Below are positions 26,121 to 38,300 of a stretch of 64,000 nt of DNA, one piece after another (positions within the stretch are counted from its first letter, which is position 1; the number at the start of each line of letters is the position of its first letter). The position numbers and the translations under genes are program-made. This DNA comes from Squalus acanthias (taxonomy: Eukaryota). The stretch lies in contig CM059446.1 of the NCBI GenBank assembly GCA_030390025.1, positions 42,284,001 to 42,348,000 on the forward strand, read 5' to 3'. The notes below the pieces were generated by a model. That model was not told the DNA's origin. It searched no databases and saw only the letters and a list, made by a program, of their open reading frames with translations.

Positions 26121-26437
26121 AGAGATGAAATCAGCACCATCTTAATCACAAAATTCAGTCAATTTCTTCAAAGGCATAATTTGTCTCAATATTTTGAAAA
26201 TATGACTGAACAGCAATAACATACCTGCATGTTTATTACAACAGGGAGTTGAGGATGGACTGATCAGCTCAACCACCCTGCACTTTTAGCATTTCCATGA
26301 CAAAACACAACTTGCATTCTCATCCGTTAAGTCATTTCCCTTGCACAGAATGCACGTGCACACAGCTTTTAGATTAGATGTAGTGACCGTGTGTTGAATG
26401 GGCAGCCTAACTGAACCAATTACTGGACATTGTCAGT

Positions 26438-26901
26438 GTCAGCCGTGGCTCAGTTGGTAGCACACTCGCCTCTGAGTCAGCAGGTTGTGGGTTCAAGTCC
26501 CACTTCAGGGACTTGAGCACAAAAATCTAGGCTGACACTCCAGTGCCGTGCTGAGGGAGTGCTGTACTGTCGGAGGTGCCGTTTTTCAGATGAGATTTCA
26601 CGCTAAACCGAGGCCCTGTCTGCTCTCTCAGGTGGACGTAAAAGATTCCATGGCACTATTTCGAAGCAGGGGAGTTATCCCCGGTGTCCTGGCCAATATT
26701 TCTCCCTCAATCAACATAACAAAAACAGATTATCTGGTCATTATCACATTGCCTGTTTGTGGGAGCTTGCTGTGCGCAAATTGGCTGCCGCGTTTCCCAC
26801 ATTACAACAGTGACTTCACTCAAAAAAGTACTTCATTGGCTGTAAAGCGCTTTGAGACGTCTGGTGGTCGTGAAAGGCGCTATATAAAGTCTATTTTTCT
26901 T
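26438..26901 (+). mobile_element. Full-length tRNA-derived DeuSINE (SacSINE1-like)
   Basis: A-box gtggctcagttggtag and B-box ggttcaagtcc. Core ctgtcggaggtgccgt...aaaccgaggccc resembles the recalled Deu domain. Tail gtgaaaggcgctatataaa. Confidence 0.85.
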
Positions 26902-26933
26902 TGTTCAGGAAGAAAGACATCTCAACTGTGTAC

Positions 26934-27067
26934 CTTGAACAACGGTTAAAATGGCTTCCGCACTCCTGCGCCTATTTGCAACGTTGGTTGCAACACAACG
27001 GTACTGTCCAGCGTGCCGTTCCTCAACACCATAGATCTGAAGGACTCCAGTTGGTAGAGCAGTTATC
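26934..27067 (-). CDS. PRTG: Protogenin exon (approx. exon 4), Ig2 C-terminal half
   Basis: [44 protein letters not shown] within ORF 26905..27159. AG/GT boundaries, 134 bp, phase continues from the previous exon. Confidence 0.95.
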
Positions 27068-27342
27068 CTGAGAAGAGAAAGAGATATTTTTTTTTTAATA
27101 TAAGAATTTGTTTTAAAAGTTTGAAATGTGTGGATTGCTAGCAAAAATGTAGTACACACTGAAGTGACAACAGTAATAATTCAGTGCACCACAGTAACAC
27201 TAGTAACAAATCATTGCATTGCAGTAAGACTGGTAACAATTTAATGCAAAGAAACAGAAAGAAATATCTGCATAATTAAGACTATTATATTCAAACTACT
27301 CTGTGCATGTTGGTGTAAAGCTTTCCCTCTCAAATATAATAC

Positions 27343-27487
27343 CTGTCAGTAGCTAGCGGCAGTGCTGTTCGGTTGAATTCCCAGGTTATGATCGGTGGAG
27401 GATTTGCATGTATCTTGCAGATAAACCGGGCTACTTCGCCTTCATTGACCACTGTATGGGTTGGCTGAACTTCAAATGGAGACATAC
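27343..27487 (-). CDS. PRTG: Protogenin internal exon (approx. exon 3), Ig domain 2 N-terminal half
   Basis: Manual translation (x)[47 protein letters not shown](R) matches the recalled human PRTG segment ISAFEVQP...[11 protein letters not shown]. Minus-strand AG acceptor at 27488-89 and GT donor at 27341-42; 145 bp. Not in the supplied ORF list. Confidence 0.93.
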
Positions 27488-30400
27488 CTGAGAATTAAAA
27501 GGGACATTGCTATGGTTAGCCACTCACAGACTAACAGCTTGGACACAACTAGAAAGTAAACCCCTCCGGTGAAGGAAAACTCCAATTCATAGGAAGAAAC
27601 TGAAAACACTTCCTACAAGTTAAAAAGGTGATTATTCGACAGTACCAACAGAGCGCAGACAGCAATAAATCACAATGCAATGACAACCCCAAAGGTTAAC
27701 CTTCGGAATGATTCGAACTAACAACATTCATGCAACTTTTCCTTAGTTACGCATCGAGACAGATCCCACAAATTACTTTTCAAGTAGAAGAAATTGTTTT
27801 GAGTATGATGTCTCCCCTACAACCTTTAAGCTAGGTATATAGTTGGTCATAGGGTCGAACCATCTACAAAACTGCTTATACACATTGGCAATCACAATAG
27901 GGATTTTAGTGAATGATTCTCAACAGGAAACAACAAAAAATAATGCAGATCTATGGAATACTTCTCAGTTTCGAGAACAGGGAGATTCTTTCCTGAAATA
28001 TTTAGTAAAATCTGTGGCGCCTAAGGACTCAGTGTCGCATTAAAATAAAATATTAAACATTAACTGGAAGCATTCTCTCATTTCCACTTCAATTAATACT
28101 CGTTAAATAAGTTGAAATTCCCAAACTACGACCTGTATGTACTAACTGAGTTCATTCCCATTATCAAAATATCAGCTGAAATTTCTGTTCACAATTTTTG
28201 CTCAGCTTGTATTGCTTGCAATACAAGCAAGTGCTTTCTATCAGACTAAATTTCCAGCCTGTGAATTTCCTTTAACAGGATCCTGAAGTTACTTTCGAGC
28301 AAGAAAAGAAAACCAACATTCTACACACACACACATTTTGTAGAACATTACTCCTACAAAAGCACTGCCAGATACAGTTTAGCAAAGCAATCTTCCACTA
28401 TAATTTAATGCATGTAAGAAATTATGCAACTGAAAATCCTTACTAATGTTTTCCGTGAATTCCTAATCAATTCTGCAGCAACTCGCTCATTTAGTTAACA
28501 TGATGGACTGTATCAATGTGAAACTGACTTTTTCCAATACAAGTGGTTACCATCTCACAGATGTTTTTGCCAGCAGTAATTGAAAGCAACCTGGTGAGGA
28601 GAGTCATTTCTCACACTCCAGGATCTGAAAGAAACTCCAAACTCTTTCAGGACTGCACAGTTGCAGATGACAACACTTCGTTCAGGATAAGTGATCATTC
28701 TGAGCCTCACCATGCAACCTACACAAGCATCGCTAACAATCAGAAAAACATTACTGCTCATAAATATTTCACACCTCTGGAAATTTGTAACTCATCAATA
28801 TGTAAAAAGGAATTAAATCTAAGTTCTCGTGTCATAAACAAAGACATGTTTGTAGATCAATAGAAACCTTTAAAGATTAAAGAAACCTAAAACCTAATCA
28901 ATGGGTAAAAATACAGATTGCAATCAATTAATAATCAACCAGCCCATAGGGGGTCCAATAAATGTCAGAGATCAATCATGCTTCCTAGTGAAAGATGCAC
29001 ACAATATACCAATAGAAATGAAAATGCCGATCCCACCTCACACTCAGCATTTCCAGAACACCATCTGCACTGTGTAAAATTCAACTTCAACAAAAATATA
29101 GTTACAGCAGTTTGTGAGGCAGCTTCCTCAATAGCTCAAGGAGCTTATCCAGTGAGGAGTCACACCATACAGACCAGCAGGTCCTCAGTTTGTGTTGAGT
29201 TACTGAGGGGAGCAATTAGGGGCATTACAATTGGCCCCAGCACTCGTCAAGTCAGGATTCCCGTTCCCGATCACCGTGCAGTGTCCCTGCTGGAAGCGCA
29301 TGTCTAAACAATAAAGGAGCAGCTGTGATACCTCAGTGGTTGAACAGCTTACTGACAATCACTGTGAAAACACACACAACTGTGCAATGGTCACTTGGGC
29401 AAGGTACTTGAGGGTGACTGGCATCTGTGAAATTGTACCCCAAACATGGGAGTTCATGCCATCAGCACATGAGGGGGGGGGGGGGGGGAGGCAATTGGCC
29501 AAAAAAAACTTCATGACTTAAAAACATCCAGTTAATTCAATGTACCACTTAACAGTCTTGGTTCTTGGTGAATCCAACAAAGTGACAATTAAGTCTAAAA
29601 GAGGGATTAGTGAATCATTCCCAATGTCTGAAGTACAAAATAAATCTCTCTTTCATGTCAGGAACATACTACCCAATTTCAAGGGTAACTTAAGCAAATC
29701 AGAATCAAAGTTGAAAACCAAATCTCCTTCAATCTATATTTTTTATGCATTTAAGTCACGTTCATTTCAGTGTTTAGCCAAGAATTTATGTTGAGAACCT
29801 AATGGCTTTTCACGCTTTCTTGTGAGTTGCTAATGCGCCTGATTTTACTGTGAATGTAAAATGCAATCTGCTTTTGTCTTAGCACAATGCCACTGATGCA
29901 CTCTTGCTTAACTAACAAAAGTGCCTTGTCAGATTCTCTTACTATAACACAATTAGCTTCCTGTAAGATGAAAGCCAAGAACTAGCCAATACTAATCCCA
30001 TTTACAATCAGTTAAGGTCGTCCATATGTAGCAGCATTTTACACCACCACTGCGAGAGGCGCTGGGGCTTGGATCGCTCTGCACACTTCAGGGTTTACGC
30101 ACATGCTCCAGAAGAGCAGATGTTGGATGAGATGTACAGCATAGAAATCAATACAAGGATTTCAATGAGAAATGAGATACTTCTCTACTTTCACAACAAA
30201 CACTCTGAATTTGCACATTAACAGATGAGAAATACAGTGGGTAATTTGAGCAGGCCAAGCTGAAGAAGTTATTCTGCACACACAAAAAATTTTATGCTCC
30301 TAATTTGCCCAAGATACTGTGTATAAAGTAACAGCAATTTATAACGTGTGTACAATACATGCAGAACGCTTCCTTGCCCTCAATTAAAAAACACCACTTT

Positions 30401-30619
30401 AGCAAAACTGTGTAATCTATGAAATGGGCAGGGAACGGACAAAATAAGTTGCTTTTCTTCAAATAGCATACACAGTAGAAGCAGTCCAAGTCAGAAACAG
30501 AAATACAAGAGAAATTTCACTCATCCGGAACACTTTGACCTGCAAATTTCAATATTTATCTGACAGAATCTTACTATATGTAAAAAGCGTATATGCATAA
30601 TTTTGGATTGATTATGACA

Positions 30620-30730
30620 GCACTGGAGTGTCAGCCTAGATTTTGTGCTCAAGTCTCTAGAGTGGGACTTGAACCCACGACCTTCTGAATCAGAGGCGAG
30701 AGTGCACTAACACCGAGCCAAGTCTGACAC
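30620..30730 (-). mobile_element. DeuSINE 5' head fragment
   Basis: gcactggagtgtcagcctagattttgtgctcaagtctctagagtgggacttgaaccc. Confidence 0.75.
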
Positions 30731-32486
30731 AGTGAGATGGCAGGCAAGTGGGTTTGAGACAGATCACAGCCACTTTCACAGATACCAATCCACTGGTAAG
30801 GTTGTGTGCGAGGCCCAAGACTTGAAAGTATCTAATTCAGACACCTGCCCCTCAGCAGACACCAGAACCACTCGTCAGGTAAAGTAGTTTAATTCGCAAG
30901 ACATTTACTCAGATAGAAGGTCCATGGGCTTATGGCGGTTCTATTCTCAGGCTGGGGCAAGAAAGGGGGTCTTCAAAATCCACTCCAACAGAAAGCAGGG
31001 AGACAAAACGTTGCTTTATGCACTTGCGAGGAACTCAGCTGGAGGCCGCTCTTCTGAAGGGAGTAGAACATTTGAGAAGTGCTACAGAAAGCAGGGGCAG
31101 CATTTCCTTACCCTGGACACAGTCCCTTACACTGCTGGGCAGCGGATGCAGTGAAGATGTGAATAATACGTTCTGCAACCTCTCAAACATAAACACCAGC
31201 TCAGACTGTGCAGAATGCTCTCACCTATATTTGGGAAAGACGGTTCCCCCCCACCTCCAGGAAGGAAAATATCTTGCTGTGCTTCCCTGAAAGAAAGCAG
31301 ATCAGAGAGCAGACTCGCTTGCTACCAAGCTTATTCTACCTTCACTTCTTCCCCAATTTTGTTGGTTTCCCCTCCAATTTTCTCTTGTTCTCCTGAAAGT
31401 GGTTTCACAGACGCTGGCAGATCTCAAAAAAGGTACCTCAAGTAGGTCTGAAGTAAGTGTGCACCTAGGTAGCGATAGCCCATCAACTATACATCTGTGG
31501 AGAGTAACATGGCCAAGCCAACCCTGTCCTAAACCAAATGTCCATTGCACGCTTGCTGCAGGAGACACGAGACAGCAATCAGGAGTGGAACTTCTGGCTG
31601 ATTTCTTTCCCCCTCCTTAGCCCAGGGACATGGGAGGCCGATTGTAGTAAAACTAGCAACTCCGGTCAGACCAGGCTCTACCCAACTTGTATGACTCGGC
31701 ACCGCACAGCGTGCCTCGTGACTTTTATTAGATGGCTGGAGGTAAACGCGAGAAAAGCCAATGGATGCAAATGAACACTCCATTCTAGGGGATGGCCAAA
31801 CAATACTAAGCATTTGTCCATGAACACATGGTGTAGACTTTGCTGATCTGTACCATGCAAGTTGGCCTTGGAGGACACAGCTCAAATAAATCGAGAACTA
31901 AGCAATCTCTAAGATGGCAGAGTCTATCACAATGGTACAGAAGTGTTCAAACTCAAGTTTATGGGGGAAAATGAATTAATGGATTCCTAATATAGCTTGA
32001 ATAGTCCTCACTGCAGAGGAGAAAGAGAACAAAAGGAATTAAATAGTCTATTAAATAGGGCACCCAGAGATAGCAAAAGAAACTGTCCAAGCTAAAAACC
32101 CAATTAGAAATACATTGCTGGTAGCGGACAGTTTAACTTCTGCACACTCTCGCGTAGCCATTACACCCAATGGACATTTGTTGGCTGAATGAAAAATGAA
32201 GAGGTGGGGGGGGGAGGGGGGCACGGAATCACTTGTTAAATATCAAGGAAAAGAACTGCAGCCTGTTCAATATCTTTCTGAAAATATTGCCCCGCGCAGA
32301 ATTCAACAACAAAAAAAGGACCAAGCAAGGTGTGGAGAAGCTAGGGCTTCATCTCCACATCTTCTGGCTTTGTCAGACAATCAGATCCTTTTGAAGAAAA
32401 GCCCACAGAGCTCTGAAACAGATGGTGATGGAGAGAGAAGCTGGAATACCGTCTCTTGGAACTTCCACGTGAGGGTGTGACGGGCC

Positions 32487-32522
32487 TGGGGGGGGGGGGG
32501 GGGGGGGGGGGGGGAGGGGAGG
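32487..32522 (+). repeat. Long poly-G tract
   Basis: More than 25 consecutive G. Other G/C runs at ~13308, 29473, 44543, 48217, 54241 and 57708. Confidence 0.9.
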
Positions 32523-32687
32523 AATGACCAGCTTCCTGCTGGAATGGGTTAAGAAAGGTGCCATCTTAGATGGACTCAAAAATTAGCCTGATTAAAAACC
32601 TGTGTCAAACTTATTTGGAATTCAGTTATCAATAAAATAACCCAAGATCACAGATAAACTGTGTCATTTATGGGTTCGAGACACAAC

Positions 32688-33475
32688 GGGCTGGAATTTC
32701 ATTGACCCGTGGAGGTGGGTTTGGAGGAGTGTGGGGGGTTAAAGTTGCAGATTCGGGGGTCCCGACCCCATGCCAGTTTCGCTGGAGGCGGGTACCCGAC
32801 CTGTGCTGGGATCGCCTCCCCGAAGTGGGAAGGGGATTAGTGACAATAAACTGCCTGTTTTTGCCTAATCCTATTTTAATGGCTGAAATGTGGGCTTCCC
32901 GACAGGTCCCAACCACGCCAAGTTAGCGAGGCGGACCGTGGGTCTGCAGGGGTTGGAGGGGTCGATATGTCCGGTGGGCAGGTGAGTGATGGGTGCATGT
33001 GTGCAAAGGTAAGTGTGTAAGGTAAGTATAAAAAGTGTGGGAAAAAGTTTTACTTACCTTAACTTCCTCCTGCAGGTGTCAGCCCTTCAGGTCTCGAGAG
33101 TCAGAAATCTCACCAGCACAGAAAACAGAATGGCCCTTGACCTGTCAAAAGTTGCAGCCTCTGTTTTCTGTGCTGGATTGATTTCTGACTCAGCCTGAGA
33201 GGAAGGACTCAAGTTAGATGACAGATTGTCAGTGTTTGACAGCTTCACAGAGCTGTCAAACGCTGATATTTCATCTGTCAAAAGCTCTCGACAGATGAAA
33301 TGTCAATCTGTGACGTCACCTGTTGCCGGTGGTCCTTAATTGGCCTGCTGAGCTCGCTGGGCGGGCTCAACAAGGGAAAATACAGTGGGTTGGCCACAAG
33401 TCGATGGAGGCGGGACTACAACCCAAAAAGTGGGAGTCCCGCCACCATCACATCCCCAGTATCAAAATCCAGCCC
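32688..33475. mobile_element. PIF/Harbinger-type MITE
   Basis: TIRs gggctggaattt / aaaatccagccc (11/12), 3-bp TSD aac, no coding capacity. Confidence 0.75.
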
Positions 33476-33482
33476 AACATCT

Positions 33483-33760
33483 TTCATGGAATGATAGAGT
33501 ACAGAAGGAGGTTATTTGGCCCATTGTGCCTGTGCCGGCTCTTTGAAAGAGCTCTCCAATTAGTCCCACTACCCCACTCTTTCCCCAAGCCCTGCAAATT
33601 ATACCCCAAGTATTTATCCAATTCCTTTTGAAAGTTATTATTGAATCTGCTTCCTCTACCCACTCAGGCAGTGCATTCCAGATCATAACTCACAGCATAA
33701 ATGTATTTTCCTCATGTCGCCTCTGGTTATTTTTCCAATTACCTTAAATTTGTGTCCTCT
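33483..33760 (-). mobile_element. CR1 LINE 3' fragment
   Basis: ORF 33462..33686 IWNALPEWVEEADSIITFKR is the CR1 ORF2 C-terminal motif WN.LP..VV.A.S...FK. Confidence 0.8.
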
Positions 33761-34030
33761 TTCAATAACAATGGCACATTGCAGATATTGCTCTCTGGAT
33801 ACAGCAAATTCATTTTCTTGTTTATTTTCACAAAACGTTCTTCATTTAGTAAAGGCGAAACCATGAAAAATTAGTTCTATGCTTCCCACTAGCCAAGTGA
33901 AAATCCCTCCCTACACCAATATTCTACAATTGTGATTGTTGCGCCACCAAAAAAAGTGTGGCTAACATTACATGCCAATGATTAAAGAGATAAGTGCATT
34001 TAAGTCTGGCTATATAAACTTGGAAACTAA

Positions 34031-34852
34031 GGGGGCGATTTTGCCAGCCCTGGGGAAGCGGGACTGCCGGGAAAATGGCAGAATTTGGGGGTGGGTGCCC
34101 AACCCACCCCCAACCCGACTCCATGCCATCTTCCCAGGAGGCGGGTAGCCGTCCCGCACCGGGTCCCGTCTCCTTGGAGGTGGGAAGGGATCAAAGCCTA
34201 TTAACTGCCTGTTAACAGGTAGTTAACAGTCAGAAAATAGGATCATCCCCTTTTTGTCCTCAAGTGCGGGCTTCCCAAAGGCTCCAAAACCCGCCAGGTC
34301 AGCGAGGCGAGTACTGGGTCTGCGGGGTGCAAAAGTGTGGTGTGAAGGTAAGTGATGGGTACAAGAGTGTAGAGGTGAGTATCTGAGGTAAGTGCAAAGT
34401 GTTAGTAAAAGTGTACTTACCTTTGTTTCTTCCTGCAGGCTTCAGTCGGTGTGTATGCGGAGAGTCTCGGACCTCCGTGTTGGAGATGACAGATGGCCAT
34501 TGCATTCTCAGATGCAACAACCATCTCATTTCTGTAAAAGAAGGAAGTTTGATGAGGTCTTGAATTCAAGACCTCATCAAACTACAGAGAATGTCACTGT
34601 TTGACAGCTTCACAGAGCTGTCAAACGATAACAATTCATCTGTCAAAAAATTGTGACAGATGAAACGTCATACGTTGACGTTCTCTACAACCGGCTTTCC
34701 CTTAATTGGCCTGCTAAGCCCGCTGGGCAGGCTTAACAAGGTCAATCAAGGGAAAATAGCGTGGGTTGGCCACAAATTGATGGAGGTGGGACATCGACCC
34801 ACCAAAGCAGCAGTCCCGCCTCCAACGCACCCCCATTGACAAAATCGCCCCC
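34031..34852. mobile_element. PIF/Harbinger-type MITE related to 32688-33475
   Basis: Perfect 13-bp TIRs gggggcgattttg / caaaatcgccccc and a TAA target duplication (34028-30 / 34853-55). The interior is homologous to the neighbouring element. Confidence 0.85.
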
Positions 34853-37800
34853 TAAGTGTCTTACCAAAGTTATGGAGCAATATTCAGTTTTTTTATTCAT
34901 AGCGAGAACAGCTAGTTTCCTCTTCAAGCTTAAAATTGCAACACAACCACTTCAAGTTCCAACACTTTACTTGTTGGTTTTGATCAGATAATGTTACATT
35001 GGTATAACCAGCTACAAAGTGTCACTTCTTCGATACCAAGTTTCTCAAATTTTAAGATACACTTAAGTTGTAGAATATTGTAGCTCCTGAGAAGCGCCTT
35101 GGGACATTTTACTACATTAAAAGGCACTATATAAATACAAGTTGTTGATAATATCTTTGTTTGTGCTGCATTGACCAATTATCCAATTCGGGTCTACTAG
35201 GGGTAGAAAGGGTAAATGAGGCACCCAGTCGAAGGTTTACAACTATATTGAACATTGCATCCTTTGAGCTTTCAATGCAGTGCTCAGTCCAGTGATCAAA
35301 ACTTATTTTTCACAACAATTAATTAAATTGCCTTCGCGCTCAAGACAATGTAAAGTTCATAAAATATGCAAGTAAGCAGATGGGGTGATTCTTAGCATAT
35401 CAATAACTTGTACATATCATACCGATTGAAACCTTTCAAAGTCCAGGAAAAAATGGCACAGGTCAAGTTTTTGACCCAAGTCAATCATTTGTGTAACCCT
35501 TAGCTAATTGAATCATTTATATACAGCAACCCTCAATTAATTAAAAAAAAATTTTTTTTAATAAAAGTGATTGTCCAAATCTGCATTGTTGTAGCACTAA
35601 AAACCTGGAGATTTTGGGTGCAACTAAATCACTTTCCTCTTCAGGTGTGTTGATGCATTTGGGCTTTACCAGTGAAAGCACATCCCGTGGGATAAAACTT
35701 CCTGTTCGAAACACTTACTAAACTGTTCCCTCTGCAGGATAGGCCTGTGGGAGGAAGAACTCAATATTAAAGCACCCTAAACTTCAAACATCTGGGTGGT
35801 CTGTGTGTGTTTTGCGAGGTTAGCAGAATTATAAATCAAACACAAATAAACCCCCGATTAAAAGATCTCCCTTCCAGCGATACCATTAGAACTCGACCCA
35901 AATAACCTCGGAACACATTTGTTGGGAAAGGGCATTTTAAAGTGACTCCTACTCTTTCCCCACCTCCACCCAAAAAAAAATGCACAGGGTCCCCACAGCA
36001 AGGATAAGATCACTTGGGTGTAGAATTCTACACCAATGTTGCTCCACATTTGGATAACAGAAGTTACTTTTCTTGGGACAAGAATGAACTGTTTAGTCCG
36101 TTGCGCCCCATCCACCCTCACCCCCTTGGAGCTCAGCGTGACCACACACTGCTCCACCAGGCAGTGAAGCCTAGAACTGGTCAAACTCGCCAATGGCAGC
36201 CAATTTATACTTTCAGTTCCAGTGAGATCAAGTTTAATTCAAGGCATCCTTGCTTATATGGAGCGCTGCCACAAGTCACTGAATAAATTAATTTACCCAA
36301 TATGTGGGTGGGCTTTCAATTACCAGCTTACAGCACCGGGAATATCGCACTAGGTATTTATTGAGTGACGCCTGCTTTGCAGTGCCAGACGATCTGAAGA
36401 CACAGGGTTGAAGTTTTCACTCCAAATTCCACGCAAAGTCGACTTTCCCTTGATGTCAAAAATATGTTTAACTGGCTTCAGTTTACGTATCACTGCATGA
36501 TTAGATTGTGTTGGTAAACATTTATTCTTTGTCTAACAGGAACATATATATGAGCGAGAAATTCCAAATTACTCCACAAGAAACAAAGTACTGTCCAGCT
36601 GTGGATGTTCTCTCAGTGTACAGCGACCTCACAGATCCAGATAATCACTTTAGAATAAGATAGACAGAACTAAAAGCTGATTAAAGGACAGTAGAAACAG
36701 AATGGCTGTATTAAACAATCTGAAAAGCACAGCTGGTTGGCAAAGAGGAAGATTACTACGCAATTACCATCACAAGATATGAAGGAGCCTATAGATAAAG
36801 TAGTTATTAGGTGAATAAAACAGTTTATTTACTCGTGTATTCCTGCTCTGTGTACACTCTCATGTGTCCTTTCAATACAGGCTGGCTAAATTGACCATTC
36901 ACCCTGTAAATGCTGATTTTTTTAATACTGGAAACAATTTTTACCTTGATTGATAGATGAACTCAGGATATTTATCCACAACGTTGGGTGTGAAAACATC
37001 TTAAATTTTCTTTACAAACTTCCTCCATAGAACTTTATCAAATCATTAATCTTATATTAAAGTATCCTAAATTTGTCCTCAATTTTTTTTAAAATATTTA
37101 TGGCAATGTAATAATCAAACTGTTAATACAGTTTTCACACCATCTTCTCAAAGCTTTTCAATGTTTTCCTCACTAACACTTGTAAGGAACATTTAGAGAA
37201 AAGTAATGTGACATCGGACCTTGGTCAATGTTATCTGAGAGGGAGTGCATCTAAAAGAGAGATGGCAGCAGAGTGGTTCTTCAACAGGCTCTGCAGACAA
37301 AACTGATTCAACTTTTTAACCCTTTGAGTTTATCTTTTAGTCGATGTTATAAATCATGATTTTTACAAGTACATTTAACTCAATATGAAACTCTTCACAC
37401 TGGACCCATCCCTCTTAACTTTTGTAATAAAGAGAGCGCTCATCTTCATCCACACAAGAACTCATTAAACCATTCCATAAAAAGGCCAGTGCACTCTAAT
37501 GAGAAACAAAGCCCTGGAGAAGGGCTCTCTTTAAAAAGTTGTTGCCACAAATGTGGGGTTGCTTCTCGACATCGTGAATCCTTTTGTCAATGCTCTATAA
37601 CAAGACTATGTGCGCATTATCATTTATATTTATCAGCAAATTAAAAGAAATACACAAATTCTGATGACCACATGCTAATGACATCTAGAGACTAAAGCAA
37701 GTTTGCCTATCCATGATATATAATAGAATATAAAGACCATGGCACACGGCCATTTTAATTCACCCAATCGGGATTAGGCAAATTAAATAAGGCACCTTCA

Positions 37801-38192
37801 TGTTACAGTGCTGCAGATGTACAGACCTCCTGCTATCGGCTGCAGTTGTAAGTATATAAACAGGATCTGCACGGAACCGACAACAACTTAGACCCACGAT
37901 AAGGCTACCTCTTCCAGCAAATCAAATGTAGATGGCCAGTTCCCCATGTCTGCACTCCCAAGTCTCGGTATTACACAGCAGAGCCCAGCATGCATCACCA
38001 AATGTAATAGATGGAACGGAACACTTTTGCTGAACAAACAAAAAAATGTCAAAAACGTCTAGAAAGAAAGGATGTCCCAGAGTCCTCAACAATGCTGTGA
38101 TGATGCAAATTGAAAAAACTCAGTCCAATTCAGTGTAATAAGCTCGACTCTCTGACAGTGCAGTATTCACGCTGGCTCACCCTCTAAGCACC

Positions 38193-38300
38193 ATTCCATA
38201 TTGCAACAGTGACTACACTCAAAGTGCTTCATTGGCTGTAAAGTACTTTGAGACGTCCAGTGGTCGTGAAAGGTGCTGTATAATTGCAAGTCTTTCTTTC
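38193..38300 (+). mobile_element. DeuSINE 3' tail fragment
   Basis: caacagtgactacactcaaagtgcttcattggctgtaaag...gtgaaaggtgctgtataattgcaagtctttctttc. Confidence 0.7.

Noticed and set aside
25963-26145. ORF MDCGRKPEHPEETHADTGR…
   Set aside because: Typical antisense translation of the V-SINE core.
26438-26515. tRNA-like sequence with A and B boxes
   Set aside because: It is the head of a SINE and runs into the SINE body; not a tRNA gene.
26548-26949. 133-aa ORF and similar ORFs at 46446-46839 and 53192-53680
   Set aside because: Translations of DeuSINE sequence.
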